DNA from: Myxococcota bacterium
GTDB taxonomy: Bacteria > Myxococcota_A > UBA9160 > SZUA-336
Length of the DNA stretch: 64,000 nucleotides
Reading direction: 5' to 3'
NCBI GenBank assembly: GCA_965247115.1
Contig: CBDFGR010000002.1
Span: forward strand, 960,001 to 1,024,000
In this document: one piece after another, positions 27,677 to 38,900 of the stretch
How positions within the stretch are numbered: position 1 is the stretch's first letter
Layout: every line of letters starts with the position of its first letter
Program-made: the position numbers and the translations under genes
Notes under the pieces: generated by a model
Told to the model about the DNA's origin: nothing
Seen by the model: only the letters and a program-made list of their open reading frames with translations
The model's database searches: none

Positions 27677-28293
27677 GACACCGCCTCATAGGCACCGCCG
27701 CGCAGAGCCGCGACGAGGTCGTCCTCAGTACTGATCTCTGCGGAGAAGCGAGTCGCACAGCGCCCGATGTGGCTGACGATGTGTGCGTCGCTTCCCCCAA
27801 TGCCGGAGTAGCCGTGCTCGTCCGCGAGCGCTTGCGCGTCCAGGTCTTCGTTGCCGCGGCTTCCGCCGTTCAGCACCTCGACGATCTGCACGCCCTTCAT
27901 CGGACCGCGCTCCTCGTAGTGTGCGCACATCCCCACGCGGGGACGCCCGGGATGACACGGCACCGCGATCGCCCCGCAGCGCTCGGACTCGCGCAGTACC
28001 GTCTCCAGCTGCAGGTCGATGCGCGTGAAGTCGAAGGCGTGGAGCAGGTCTTCGTTGACACCAAACACCAGCACGTGACCGTAGTCCGTCTCGACCTCAC
28101 TTCCCTTCAAGACCAGGATGCCGGAAGAGTCCTCGATGGAGCGGTAGTCGGACTCGGCATCGAACTGGCGATGCTCGGTCAAAACGAGCCCGTCGATGGA
28201 CAGCCCACGGTTCGTGATCCACTGGCAGTAGTTCTCTACCTTGGCCCTTCCATCGTCCGACTTGATGGAGTGGTTGTGCAGGTCCAGGATCAT
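27667..28293 (-). CDS. PHP-domain metal-dependent phosphoesterase
   Basis: DLHNHS..SDD, TEH, GHVL, HP, GGSDAH. Confidence 0.82.
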   Translation of the reverse strand: MILDLHNHSIKSDDGRAKVENYCQWITNRGLSIDGLVLTEHRQFDAESDYRSIEDSSGILVLKGSEVETDYGHVLVFGVNEDLLHAFDFTRIDLQLETVLRESERCGAIAVPCHPGRPRVGMCAHYEERGPMKGVQIVEVLNGGSRGNEDLDAQALADEHGYSGIGGSDAHIVSHIGRCATRFSAEISTEDDLVAALRGGAYEAVSCK

Positions 28294-28700
28294 GCAGGGC
28301 GGAATCGGGGAACGCCGAGTCCCCCGTCAACGTCGTAGAAGTCCGCCTGAACGGGCATTCCGATCGTCACTGTCTCGGGGTCGCAATCGACGACATTCGT
28401 CATGATCCGAGGCCCTTCCTCGAGATCGACGTACGCGAGCACGTAGGGACAGCTCTTGGCAAAGGCCGGTGACTGGTTCTGGTTCGTGATGGTGTACGTG
28501 TGGACCGTCCCGCGCCCGGAAGCTTTGAAGTGCTCGATGTCCGAGGACAGGCATGTCGCGCAGAGAGCGCGGGGCCGCTGCTGCACGGTCTGGCACCCGC
28601 GGCAGCGCTGGAGCACCAGCTCGTGCCTTCCGCAGCCCTCCCAGTAGCCGCGGGTTTCCCAATCCGGGTACGGGCTCGGGTGCTGAATTTCCTCTGCCAT
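28290..28700 (-). CDS. DUF35 Zn-ribbon/OB-fold protein
   Basis: QRCRGC...PRALCATC, PYVLAYVDLEEGPRIMTN; start overlaps the thiolase stop. Confidence 0.88.
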   Translation of the reverse strand: MAEEIQHPSPYPDWETRGYWEGCGRHELVLQRCRGCQTVQQRPRALCATCLSSDIEHFKASGRGTVHTYTITNQNQSPAFAKSCPYVLAYVDLEEGPRIMTNVVDCDPETVTIGMPVQADFYDVDGGLGVPRFRPA

Positions 28701-29857
28701 CAGTTCCTCGTGAGTATCAGCGTGGCGCCGCTGTGCGAGACCCCCAGGCTTCCGCCTGTTCCGTGGACCAGGGCGGTCCGCGCGCCCTCGACCTGCCGCT
28801 CGCCGCACTCCCCGCGCAGCTGCTGGGTCGCCTCGATCACGAGGAAGATACCGCGCATCCCGGGGTGATTCGAGGACAGGCCGCCGCCGTCGGGATTCAC
28901 GGGCAACGCCCCGCCGAGGCCGATCCGCCCCCCCTCGACAAAGCTCCCTCCCTCGCCCGGCTTGCAGAAGCCGAGATTCTCCAGCGTGAGCAGCAGCGTG
29001 ATCGTGAAGGAGTCGTAGATCGCACACAGATCCACGTCATCGTGCGTGATGCCCGCCATCCGGAACGCCGCCTCGCTCGACTGCCTTGCAGCCATGGTGA
29101 GCAGGTCCGGCGCCCCGATCTCCTGGTGCGCAACGGCCTCGCCGCAACCGCGCAGGATGACGGCGGGCTTCGGAAGGTCGCGGGCCCGCTCCGCTGAGGT
29201 GACGACGATCGCCCCGCCCCCGTCGCTGATGATGCAGCAGTCGAGCAAGTGTAACGGGTCCGAGATCACGCGGCTCTCGAGCACGTCGTCGACGGTGATC
29301 GGCTTGCGCATCTTCGCGGATGGGTTGAGCGAGGCGTGACGACGCATGGTCACTGCGATCTCGGCCAGCTGCTCGCTCGTCGTGCCATACTCGTGCATGT
29401 GCCGCTGAGCGACCAGCGCGTAGCTGCCGACGGTCGTGGAACCATACGGAGAGACGAAGGACCCGGCGGCATCGCGACCAGCGCCACCACCCGTACCGAT
29501 CGCCATGGCGTTAGACGCAGCGGTGCCCCCGTACAGGATCAGCCCGACCTCCATGAGGCCCGCGTGAATGGCCGCCGCCGCGTGGTTCACGTGCGCGACG
29601 AACGACGAGCCACCGATGTTTGTGCCGTCGATGTAGTCGGGCTTCAGGTTCAGGTACTCGGCCAGCGAGACGACGCCCATCGCCCCCATGCCCATCCCGG
29701 CCGCGAACAGCCCATCGACGTCCGAGAGCTGCAGGCCGGCGTCTTCCAGCGCGCCGCGGGCCGATTCGCCCATGATCTGCCACTCGGTCTTGTCCGGCGC
29801 CCAGCGGGTCGGGTGCTCGTGTACGCCCGCGATCGCGATCTGCCCGGAGAGGCTCAC
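28700..29857 (-). CDS. Thiolase-like protein (SCPx/Ltp type)
   Basis: LLDCCIISDGGGA, YDSFT, NPDGGGLS. Confidence 0.88.
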   Translation of the reverse strand: MSLSGQIAIAGVHEHPTRWAPDKTEWQIMGESARGALEDAGLQLSDVDGLFAAGMGMGAMGVVSLAEYLNLKPDYIDGTNIGGSSFVAHVNHAAAAIHAGLMEVGLILYGGTAASNAMAIGTGGGAGRDAAGSFVSPYGSTTVGSYALVAQRHMHEYGTTSEQLAEIAVTMRRHASLNPSAKMRKPITVDDVLESRVISDPLHLLDCCIISDGGGAIVVTSAERARDLPKPAVILRGCGEAVAHQEIGAPDLLTMAARQSSEAAFRMAGITHDDVDLCAIYDSFTITLLLTLENLGFCKPGEGGSFVEGGRIGLGGALPVNPDGGGLSSNHPGMRGIFLVIEATQQLRGECGERQVEGARTALVHGTGGSLGVSHSGATLILTRN

Positions 29858-30663
29858 TGCTGCAGCTCCGAGAGGAAGGCCGCTACGGCCTGGACTAGCG
29901 CCTGCGGCTGCTCAAGGGGCAGGCAGTGACCCGACTTCGGGATCACGACACGTCGGGCACCCGGAATCTGCCCCGCAAGCCGATCGGTCTCCTTTGCGAG
30001 CTCCTCCACCTCGTCCTCGCCGCGGACGACGAGTGTTGGAACGGAGAGCTCCGCGAGGCGGTCCTGCGCGTTCCACTGCCTTGCGGCGAGCACATCACCA
30101 AGCCGCGCGCGGGGATCCGTCTTGAGATCCTCCATGAAGCCCTGGCGCAGCACTTCGGGCGGGGTCGAGGGAGAATACGCGCTGCGGTTGAACGACCGCC
30201 GGGCCTTTCCCTCGGCGATGAGCCTCAGCTCGTCGATCTGCGCGTCTCCCACGTGGAAGTTCGCGGCGGTCGAGCACAGGATCAGCGCGCGCACTCCGCC
30301 GGGGTGGTCGAGCGCGTAGCGCATGGCGACCGCTCCTCCAAGCGAGTGTCCCAGCAGGACCGGCCGCTCGATCCCGAGCCGCTCGATCACGCCGCCGGTG
30401 AACTCCGCCATGCGCTCGATCGAGGGCAGACTATCGAGTTCGCCGGAGCGCCCGTGCGCAGGCTGGTCGAACGCGACAGGGCTGTGCTCCTCGGCGAGAA
30501 GCGGCAACACGCCGGCGTAGTGATTCCCGTTCCCACCAGCGGAGTGGAGGCACAGGACCACCTCGCCGCGGCTCAGGTCGGGCACCGTCTCGGGCAGGGT
30601 CGTCGGTCCCGTGTGATGGACGAAAGTCGCAATGCCCGCGATGGAAAAGTACTTGTTCGGCAC
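29854..30663 (-). CDS. Alpha/beta hydrolase
   Basis: GHSLGG nucleophile elbow, GEDE, SGH. Confidence 0.88.
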   Translation of the reverse strand: MPNKYFSIAGIATFVHHTGPTTLPETVPDLSRGEVVLCLHSAGGNGNHYAGVLPLLAEEHSPVAFDQPAHGRSGELDSLPSIERMAEFTGGVIERLGIERPVLLGHSLGGAVAMRYALDHPGGVRALILCSTAANFHVGDAQIDELRLIAEGKARRSFNRSAYSPSTPPEVLRQGFMEDLKTDPRARLGDVLAARQWNAQDRLAELSVPTLVVRGEDEVEELAKETDRLAGQIPGARRVVIPKSGHCLPLEQPQALVQAVAAFLSELQQ

Positions 30664-30775
30664 CGGCGGCAGAGTACTAGGTACCTGATTTCGCAGTCAA
30701 TTTGCGCTCCAGACCGGGTCTCGCGTTCCAGCTAGAATGCACCTCGCACCCGACGAGACGAAAGAGGAACCCAAC

Positions 30776-31678
30776 ATGCGCTTCAGCTTCTGGCCCGGCC
30801 CCGCTCAGCCCTGGGAGGATGTCCTCGAGCTAGGACGTCACGTGGAGGCGTCCGGCTGGGATGGGATCTGGTACGCGGATCACTTCATGCCCAATGCCTC
30901 GGACACGAGCGGGCCCGTGAACGAGGCGTGGACAATGCTCGCGGCTCTGGCGGCCGCGGTGCCACGCATCCGCGTCGGTCCGCTCGTCACCGGCAACACG
31001 TACCGTCACCCCGCCGTGCTGGCAAAGATGGCGGCCACGGTCGACCGAATCAGCGGCGGCCGCCTGGTCCTCGGGCTGGGAGCCGGCTGGCAGGAGAACG
31101 AGCACCGGGCCTACGGCATCCCGTTCTACACGACGGGCGACCGGCTGCGGCGCCTGGAGGAGGCCTGTCAGCTGATCAAGGCACTTTTCCACGAGGAGCG
31201 TGCCAACTTCAGCGGCAAGTACTACCAGCTCGAGAACGCGCCGCTCGCACCGAAGCCGGTCCAGCAGCCGATCCCGCTTCTGATCGGCGGCGGCGGCGAG
31301 AAGGTGACCATGAGGATCGCCGCTCGCCACGCGGACGAGTGGAACGTCTGGGGCGACGTCGAGACCATGCAGCACAAGGTCCAGGTGCTGGATAGGCACA
31401 TGGCCGAGGCGGGCCGCGATCCGAAGGAGATCCAGCGCTCCGCCGTGGCCATGGTCTTCCTCTCCGACGACGCCGAGTACATCGAGAAGGTGCGAGCTCG
31501 AGGCGCAGCTCCCGCCATGATCGCCGGAAGCGTCGACGAGCTCCGACAGACCGTCGAGGCGTACGCGGAAACGGGCGTCGATGAGCTCATCGTTCCGGAC
31601 TTCAACCTGGGACCGCGTGAGCGAAAGCTGCCGGTCCTCGACCGCTTCATCCAAGAGGTGGCTCCGGCCGCTCGCTGA
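30776..31678 (+). CDS. LLM-class (probably F420-dependent) oxidoreductase
   Basis: WYADHFMP, GNTYRHPAVLAKMAATVD, IGGGGEKVT, ADEWN. Confidence 0.85.
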   Translation: MRFSFWPGPAQPWEDVLELGRHVEASGWDGIWYADHFMPNASDTSGPVNEAWTMLAALAAAVPRIRVGPLVTGNTYRHPAVLAKMAATVDRISGGRLVLGLGAGWQENEHRAYGIPFYTTGDRLRRLEEACQLIKALFHEERANFSGKYYQLENAPLAPKPVQQPIPLLIGGGGEKVTMRIAARHADEWNVWGDVETMQHKVQVLDRHMAEAGRDPKEIQRSAVAMVFLSDDAEYIEKVRARGAAPAMIAGSVDELRQTVEAYAETGVDELIVPDFNLGPRERKLPVLDRFIQEVAPAAR

Positions 31679-31695
31679 CCCGGAAGACCCGCCAG

Positions 31696-32205
31696 CTACT
31701 CCTCGATGCGTACCAACGTGCCGACCTCGACCCGATCGTAGAGCTCGATCACGTCCGCGTTGCGCATGCGGACGCAGCCGGCCGAGGCTGAGACTCCCAG
31801 CTCCATCGAGTCGGGGCAACCGTGGATGTAGATGTTACGCCGCATGGTGTCGACGGCTCCAAGACGATTCCTGCCGACCTCGAGGCCGCCGAGCCAGAGG
31901 ATCCGCGTCAGGATCCAGTCGCGCCGGGGCTCGGCGCTGAACCGCTCGGGAGTGCAGATCTCGCCGGTCGCGCGACGGCCCTTGAATACTGTTCCCGCGG
32001 GACGGCCGGAGCCGATCTTCGCGTGGACGACGTGGTCGCCGCGCGGCGTGCAGTTGCTATCCATCCGCTCTCCGGGACCGTTCTTCGCAGTGGAGACGTC
32101 GTAGGCCTTCACCACGTCACGTCCTTCGAATAGCTCGAGGCGCTGCGTGGAGAGACAGAGCTTGATCCAGTGCGTCATCCCGGAGTCGAGGGTAGCGCCC
32201 TTCAC
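31696..32205 (-). CDS. L,D-transpeptidase (YkuD domain)
   Basis: IYIHG...SAGCVRM; alternative start at 32178. Confidence 0.85.
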   Translation of the reverse strand: MKGATLDSGMTHWIKLCLSTQRLELFEGRDVVKAYDVSTAKNGPGERMDSNCTPRGDHVVHAKIGSGRPAGTVFKGRRATGEICTPERFSAEPRRDWILTRILWLGGLEVGRNRLGAVDTMRRNIYIHGCPDSMELGVSASAGCVRMRNADVIELYDRVEVGTLVRIEE

Positions 32206-32252
32206 GTTCGCGACCTTGCTGGGCCCCCGCCACCGGCTAGAGTCCGGGCCAG

Positions 32253-33176
32253 ATGGGTCGCGCCGTACCAGAGACGCACTTCGGCGACGCGCTCATCCGG
32301 CGTGTCCGCGAGCTCGGGCATCCCCTGTGCGTCGGCCTGGATCCCCACCTGGAGCGGATTCCCGAGCTGTTCCGGCGCGGCAGCATGACGCCGGCGGATC
32401 CGAACACCGCACTCGCCGTCGAGGACTTTCTGGTCGCCGTGCTCGAGCGGGTCGCCCGACGGGTCGCGATCGTGAAGCCACAGAGCGCGTTGTTCGAACA
32501 GCTCGGCTGGCCGGGGATCAGAGCGCTGACAAGCGTGGTAGAGCGCGCGCAGGACCTGGATCTGCTCGTGCTGCTCGACGCCAAGCGGGGCGACGTGGGC
32601 TCTACCGCCGAGGCCTACGCCCGCGCCTACCTGGCTGAAGAGGCCCCGCTCCCCGTCGACGCCATGACCCTCAACCCGTACCTCGGTCTCGAGACGCTGG
32701 AGCCCTATGTGCGGGCGGCACGGGCCAGGGGACGCGGCATCTTCGTGCTGACGAAGACCAGCAACCCGGGCTCGGGCGACTACCAGGACCGGGAGCTCGG
32801 GGGCCGGCCTCTCTACGAGGTCGTTGCCGAGTCGCTTCGAGGCCTGGCCGACGAGCTCGCCCCCGAGGCAGGAGGCTGGTCCTCGCTCGGAATCGTGGTG
32901 GGGGCGACCTACCCCGAGCAGGCCGCCGGGCTGCGCTCCACCCTGCCGAATGCGCTCTTCCTGGTCCCCGGCTACGGGGCGCAGGGGGGATCGGCGCAGG
33001 ACGCGGTGCGGGGCTTTGTCCCCGGGCCGGCCGGCCTGGAGGGGGGTGTCGTCAGCTCCTCGCGAGGCGTTCTCTACCCGCCGTGCGCGGACGCCACCGA
33101 CCCCGCGGCCTGGGAGAAGGCGCTGGACGGCGCGCTGGAGCAGGCGGCTGCAGGCCTGGGCGAGGCGATTCGCTAG
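32253..33176 (+). CDS. pyrF: Orotidine-5'-phosphate decarboxylase
   Basis: CVGLDP, KPQ, DAKRGDVGST, TSNPGS, VVGAT, PGYGAQG, SSSR. Confidence 0.92.
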   Translation: MGRAVPETHFGDALIRRVRELGHPLCVGLDPHLERIPELFRRGSMTPADPNTALAVEDFLVAVLERVARRVAIVKPQSALFEQLGWPGIRALTSVVERAQDLDLLVLLDAKRGDVGSTAEAYARAYLAEEAPLPVDAMTLNPYLGLETLEPYVRAARARGRGIFVLTKTSNPGSGDYQDRELGGRPLYEVVAESLRGLADELAPEAGGWSSLGIVVGATYPEQAAGLRSTLPNALFLVPGYGAQGGSAQDAVRGFVPGPAGLEGGVVSSSRGVLYPPCADATDPAAWEKALDGALEQAAAGLGEAIR

Positions 33177-33288
33177 CGCGGATCGGGCTGTTCGAGCCGA
33201 GATCGTCCAGCTCCCGCCCGTAGAGCTCCGCCTCCGCAGAGCTCCGTCTGCCAGGGACTTCGCACCGTCGACGCGAGCCCCGCCTGGC

Positions 33289-34107
33289 TCAGCCCCGACC
33301 GGGAGAGCCGGGGTCTGATCTGACCTTGCCCACGCTCGATGAGCTGATCCAGCCTTCGCGGCCGTTGGCGAGGCCGACCCGGATCCAACCGTCGCGCTCC
33401 TCCAGTACACGGAGCTCGGTGCCCGCGGGGAGAGGCTGCGAGAAACGACGCGGCGAGTGAACGGAGTCGGCGGCCCGGGCCACGACCTCGGGCGACGTCA
33501 CCACGGCCTCTCGTGTCGCGGAGGAAGCCGGATCCAGGAGGAGCGAGGCGAGCACCGCGCACCAGCCCAGTGCCGGCAACATGGCCAGGTTCCGCAGCGG
33601 CGAAGATCTGCGGAGAATCGAGGCGGCGAGCAGCAGCGCGGCGGCGAAGAACAGAAGGGCTGCCAGCATGGAGCGCTCGGCTCGGGACTGGGTGCGATGC
33701 CAGAAGAAAAACGTGTCTAGCAGCGATCCGGCTCGCGGACGTGGCACCCACTGGGGAAGCAAGGTCCGGGCGTGCGCGAGGTTCTGGCGGGCTCGCGCAT
33801 GATCCGGATCGAGCCAGAGCGCGCGCCGGTAGGCCAGGATGGCTGCGCCCAGACGCTCGCCCTGCAGGGCGGCGTTCCCCAGGTTCGTATACAGGTCCGG
33901 GTTCTCGACGCCGGTCCGAGCAACGCCTGCGAAGAGCCTCTCTGCGCTGCGAAAGCGCTCGCGCCGGAGGTCTCCCGAGGGCGTGTCGAGCGCCTCCTTG
34001 TAGGCGCCGAGCGCGCGCTCCAGCATGTGCTCTCGCTCCACGTCCGCAGCGCGAGCGTCAGGAACGAGCACCATCAGTACTGCGAGAGCGAGGAGCGGGA
34101 AGCTCAC
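33289..34107 (-). CDS. BatE-like TPR/SH3 membrane protein
   Basis: LYTNLGNA, AILAYRRA, C-terminal SH3b-like GTELRVLEERDGW..GW. Confidence 0.75.
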   Translation of the reverse strand: MSFPLLALAVLMVLVPDARAADVEREHMLERALGAYKEALDTPSGDLRRERFRSAERLFAGVARTGVENPDLYTNLGNAALQGERLGAAILAYRRALWLDPDHARARQNLAHARTLLPQWVPRPRAGSLLDTFFFWHRTQSRAERSMLAALLFFAAALLLAASILRRSSPLRNLAMLPALGWCAVLASLLLDPASSATREAVVTSPEVVARAADSVHSPRRFSQPLPAGTELRVLEERDGWIRVGLANGREGWISSSSVGKVRSDPGSPGRG

Positions 34108-35906
34108 GAGCTGCCCTCCAGCAGGGCGTCGGCCAGCTCCAGTGCGCGCTGCTGGAACGAGGGATCCAGGGGCTCTTCTGCTCCAGGCTGCGTAGGAGCA
34201 AAGGTCAGGGCATCGCACTCCGCGACGAACTCGTCCAGGGCCCGAGGGCAAGCGCCAGCGCAGACCCGCACCATCGCCCGCAGAGCCGCAGCGATGGTCT
34301 TCACCGCTTGTGAGCGCGGCTGGCGCTGCGCGCTGGCGATGAGATCCCGCTGCTGCCGGAGGGCGCGGCGCTGCCGAACCAGCTCAGGATCGACGTCTGC
34401 CCTCCGACGCAATACGAGACTCAGGCCGAGCAGAGCGAGCGAGACGGCGTAGACAGCGCCGAGCACGACGGACCCGACAGCCACGCGAGCTTGCCCCAGA
34501 AGCTCCTCTGGCTCGCGCACGATGGAGAGATTCGCTCCGGCGAGACTGATTCCTCCGGCGCCCGGCTCTGCGTGTACGAGGCGGGCCGTGGCGTCTGCTG
34601 CGGAACCGGCCACCGGATCCGCACCCCCTCCGATCACGACGTCGCCCGCCGTCACCAGGGCCGCCGGCCGCACCGAGAGCGCGATGGGTCGAGATTGCGT
34701 GGAGAGGAACTCCTCGGCAACCGGATCGAAGTAGGTGTAGTGCAGCGGCGGGATCTCGCGCACCGACTCGGTGATGGCGCGGACGGGAACTGCGAAGCTC
34801 TTGGCTCCCGCCTCGACGACCCCGTCGACGTCTCCAGAGGGCAGACGGAACTGCTCTGGGGACAGACCGACGTCCTCGAAGAGCGCGGGCAGGCCCGCAC
34901 TCTCCAGGTTGCCGTCCCCGCGCAGGACGAGTGTGAGCTGGATGGGGTCTCCCACCTGGACCACGCTGCGATCCGCGCTCACCTCGAGCGTGAAGCCCTG
35001 ACCGACAGCGCCGGCGAAGCCCGGCGGGCGGCCATTGCTCGGGATCTCGCGCACCACGAGACGCCGGGGCAGGTCCTCTGCGCGGCTCTTGCGCACCCGT
35101 TCGGGGACTCTCCCACCGAACAGGTCCCGCCGCCAGCGGGTGGCGATGTCCACCACGACCGAGGCCGGCTCAAAATCGAAGGTCCCCGTCTTCAGGGGGA
35201 CCATGGTGCGCTCCGCGGCCACGACCAGGAACCCCTCGCCGGCGATGCTCTGCATGCGGACCTCTGCGGGCAGCTTCACCTGTCCAGCGGCAGTTTCCAG
35301 AGACAGCTCGGCGTTGCCGGACCCAGGCTCGGGGTCGAGAAAGCGGAAGGCGTCGCTGCGATCGAACAGCGTCGAGCGGATCCGGTAGCGGTGCAGCTGT
35401 TCTCGAAGCGGGGTGGCGATCCACCACTCGATCCCCAGCCGCACCCGCTGCCCAAGGTAGATGGGCGTCTCCGGAAGCACGAGACGCAGCCGGATCTGCT
35501 CGCTTGTAGGAACGGCCGCGACTTGCAGAGTCACTGCGCTGGAACTCGCATCGAGCTGGGCTTGCTCAACACGAAAGGGCCCGACCCTGTGCGTGCCTGG
35601 CGCGCGCGCGGTGAAGCGGTAGCGGTACACGAACTGCACCGTCTCCTCCCGTGTGACCTTCCCGTTCAAGATCGAGATCGAGGAGCGCACGTTCGGGCTC
35701 ATACCGAGCAGCTTCAGCGTTCCCGCCGACGGCGTCTCCACGCTCACCTCCGGCTGCGGCTCGCGAGCGAAGCCGCTCACCACGAGCTGCAGGTCCACCG
35801 GCTCGCCCAGCAGGTACGGCGGAGCCGGGGTCCGCACGCGAAGCTCCTGAGCCTGAGCCGCGCCAGCCAGGAGACCGAGAGCGAGTGCGAAGAGCAGAGG
35901 CCTCAC
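34104..35906 (-). CDS. BatD-like protein
   Basis: Signal peptide, FAGAVG, GDPIQLTL..GDGNL, YFDP; Bat operon context. Confidence 0.75.
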   Translation of the reverse strand: MRPLLFALALGLLAGAAQAQELRVRTPAPPYLLGEPVDLQLVVSGFAREPQPEVSVETPSAGTLKLLGMSPNVRSSISILNGKVTREETVQFVYRYRFTARAPGTHRVGPFRVEQAQLDASSSAVTLQVAAVPTSEQIRLRLVLPETPIYLGQRVRLGIEWWIATPLREQLHRYRIRSTLFDRSDAFRFLDPEPGSGNAELSLETAAGQVKLPAEVRMQSIAGEGFLVVAAERTMVPLKTGTFDFEPASVVVDIATRWRRDLFGGRVPERVRKSRAEDLPRRLVVREIPSNGRPPGFAGAVGQGFTLEVSADRSVVQVGDPIQLTLVLRGDGNLESAGLPALFEDVGLSPEQFRLPSGDVDGVVEAGAKSFAVPVRAITESVREIPPLHYTYFDPVAEEFLSTQSRPIALSVRPAALVTAGDVVIGGGADPVAGSAADATARLVHAEPGAGGISLAGANLSIVREPEELLGQARVAVGSVVLGAVYAVSLALLGLSLVLRRRADVDPELVRQRRALRQQRDLIASAQRQPRSQAVKTIAAALRAMVRVCAGACPRALDEFVAECDALTFAPTQPGAEEPLDPSFQQRALELADALLEGSS

Positions 35907-38900
35907 CAGTCCTTCTCCACGGTCTCCGAGCTTGTGCGGCGCTGCTGCCGAGCGCGCTCACGCCGACGACGAGCCTCGCGATCCCTCACCTCTTGCAGCA
36001 GCTGCGATGGGTCCGCGGCCTGCTGCTCGGCGGCTGCGACGGTGTCGCTGGTTTCAGGCTCGCCTTGCTGGCCAGCATCCGCCTGGCTGCGCTCTCCCTC
36101 CTGCCGCTCCGGCGGAGTGAGCAGGGCGAGCGCCTGACGCAGGTGCTCCAGGCCTTGGTCCTGGTCGCTTCGCGCAGCGTCCACCTGGTCGGCTGCGAGC
36201 TGCTCGGCCGCGCTCTGCATCGGCGCCTGCGCCGCCAGCGTCAGCTCCGCCGCACGTCGGAGTCGGTCGCTCGCGTCGCGCACCGCTTCCGGGCTCAAGC
36301 TCTCCTGCTCTTCGCTCGACGGCGCCGCGGCCGGCGTCTGCCGGGATTGCGCCTCGAGGGCACCAGCCAGGACCCCGGTCGTGTGGGCGAGCTTCGCCTG
36401 GCGTGGGATCAGAGGACCGAGTGCGGGCACGGGATTCGGAAGTGCGGCGGTCTGCTCGGTCTCGTCATTCAGCTCCAGCTGCTGCTGGGCGGTGTCGCGC
36501 AGCTGCTCGACGATCGAGAAGAAGAGTCGGCGCAGTGCGTCGAGCCCGGCGACCGCCCTGACGTTGGGGCGCACAGCGACTTCCAGGTCCGGTGCGCGCC
36601 GCCTGGCCTGTCGTCGGAGCGCAGCGCCGACGTCCTCCATGGCGGCCTCGGAGCGGGCGAGGAGGCGCTTGGCGACCAGCAAACGCGTCCTCTGCTCGTC
36701 CAGCTCTTCCTCCGAGGAGTCCGGCCGAAGCGCGGCGAGCTCCTCGTCCAGCTGCTGCCCGATTCGAGAGGCTCGGCTCAGGTTGCGCTGCTGAACCCCA
36801 TAGAGCCGCGGCAGCATCTCCACGGCAGGCAACGGCGCCTCGGAGGCGAGCTGCCCCAGGCCAAGCTGATCCGCATACGTGAGCTCGATCAGTCCGCGAA
36901 GTCCCAGGAACAGCTCGCGGGCCGAGGTGAGTGCGGAGACGGCGGTACGCTCGGCGACGAGCGCCTCCAGGGCGGCGTCCCGAGCCATCGAGTCCCGCGC
37001 ACGCGCCAAGCGCCCCCACGCCTCCGCGACCAGAGGCTCCGCCTGTCGAACCGCTGCGAGCAGCCGCGCGTCCCCCGGCTCGAGCTCCGCACCCGCGGGC
37101 TGGGACAGTCCCGCCACCAGGGTCGCGCGAAGGCTGGCAGTGCGCTCCGTGATCCCGTCCAGCGCATCGACGAGGTAGGCGCTGGAGAGCCAGTCCGGCC
37201 GCTGCTGCTCTGAGCCACTGCCCGGGACGCCGGAGTCGCGGAGCGCATAGAGCTGCGTGTAGCCCCCTACCTCTGTCCCGTCCCGGATCAGCGCATCCAG
37301 GACCTCGACCGGGTCGCGCAGCTGGTCGCGGGCCAGGTTCAGCTCGGCCAGCGCGACCGAAGCGCGTCGATGCCCGCGCTCCGACTGCTGCTGGCGCAGC
37401 TCGCGCCGCGCGTGTCCCATGCGTTCTCGAGCTCGCCGCAGGTGGGGTAGTAGCTGACTGAGCTGTGCTGCTCGGAGCTGGTCCTGAGGCTGACGCTCCG
37501 CCTCTGGCTTTGTCTCGAGCTGCCTGCGCTCGCCGTCCGCCTTGCCGGCCAGGAGATCGCTATCCGAGAGGATGAGCCGCTGCTGGGTGGAGAGCTCGCG
37601 GTGTCGGGAGCGAAGCGCCTCCTCGGACAGCGCCCCGGCGAGCTGCTTCTGCTCCACGCTCGAGCGTACCCCCGCGACCAGCTGCCGCTGGCGCTGGCTG
37701 AGCTCGTCGAGACTCGCGGCAAGGGACCGGGCGTCCTGATCGCGCAGCGAGTCCTCCAGGACGCGTGCGCGGGTGAGCACGACCTCCAGGTTGTGGCGCG
37801 CGTCCTCGCTGCCCGGGCGCAGGCGGAGCGAATCCCGGAACCGATCGGCAGCGAGAAACAGCTGTACGAGCGCCTCCTCCGGCGCCCCATCCAGGCGACG
37901 ATCCGCACTCGCGGCGCTCGCCCAGCCCAGACCGTAGATGGCGCGATAGCGGGTCTCTCCATCCGTCTCGGCGGTGCTCCGCGCGAGCTCGAAGAGACGC
38001 TGTGCCTCCTCGAGCTCCTGTGCCTTCAGGCTCTCGAGACCAAGGTTGTAGGCCTCGCGCGGGCTCGGTAGCTCGGGCGTCGTCAGCTCCTCGGGCTCGG
38101 CATCTTGTTCCGTAGCCTCTGCGACCGCCCCCTGCGTGGCTGCCGGCACAGGCGGAAGGGGATCCGGCTCTTGCGCCAGTGTCGCGCCAGGAGCGTAGAG
38201 CAGCGCGATCACGGCGGCCGCAGCGAGTGGGCGTGCCCGCCCGAGCAGGGTGGCCCCGACCAGGCTGAGCAGCGAGCAGAGCACGAGCCACTGGAACCCC
38301 TCGTTGCGGACCGGGCGACCCGAGCCGTCGACCTGGCCGCGCATCAGACCGGCAATATGCGCCTCGTAGATGGAATCGAGGTCGAGAGCGCCGGTCCCGG
38401 CGGGAACGTAAACGCCTCCCGTCAGCCGCGCGATCTCGCTCAGCGTCGTCGCGTCGAGGCGCGATCGTACGACCCGACCCTCGCTATCCCGAAGTAGGGC
38501 GCGCGCGCCCGTCGTTGGATCCGTCAGGGGGACGTCGCTGCCCTCCCCGGAGCCGAGGCCAATCGTGATGATGGCGATCCCGCGCTCCGCCGCGGCGCGG
38601 GCGGCATCCAGCGGAAACGAATCCAGGTCTTCCCCGTCGGTGATCAGCAGGATGACCCTTGCCACGTCTCCCGTGGCTCGAAAGCCGGCCAGGGCCTTTC
38701 GGATCGGCTCCTCGAGCCGCGTCCCGCCCCGCGACACACTGTGGGCGCCGAAGTCGTCGAGCACGAGTCGCAGGAAGCTGAAGTCCGGAGTCAGCGGAGC
38801 GAGCACACTCGCACGGCCCGCGAACGCGATCAACCCGACGTGATCTCCTTCGAGGTAAGCGAGCAGGTCGCGAACCTCCGCCTTCGCACGTTCGAGCCGA

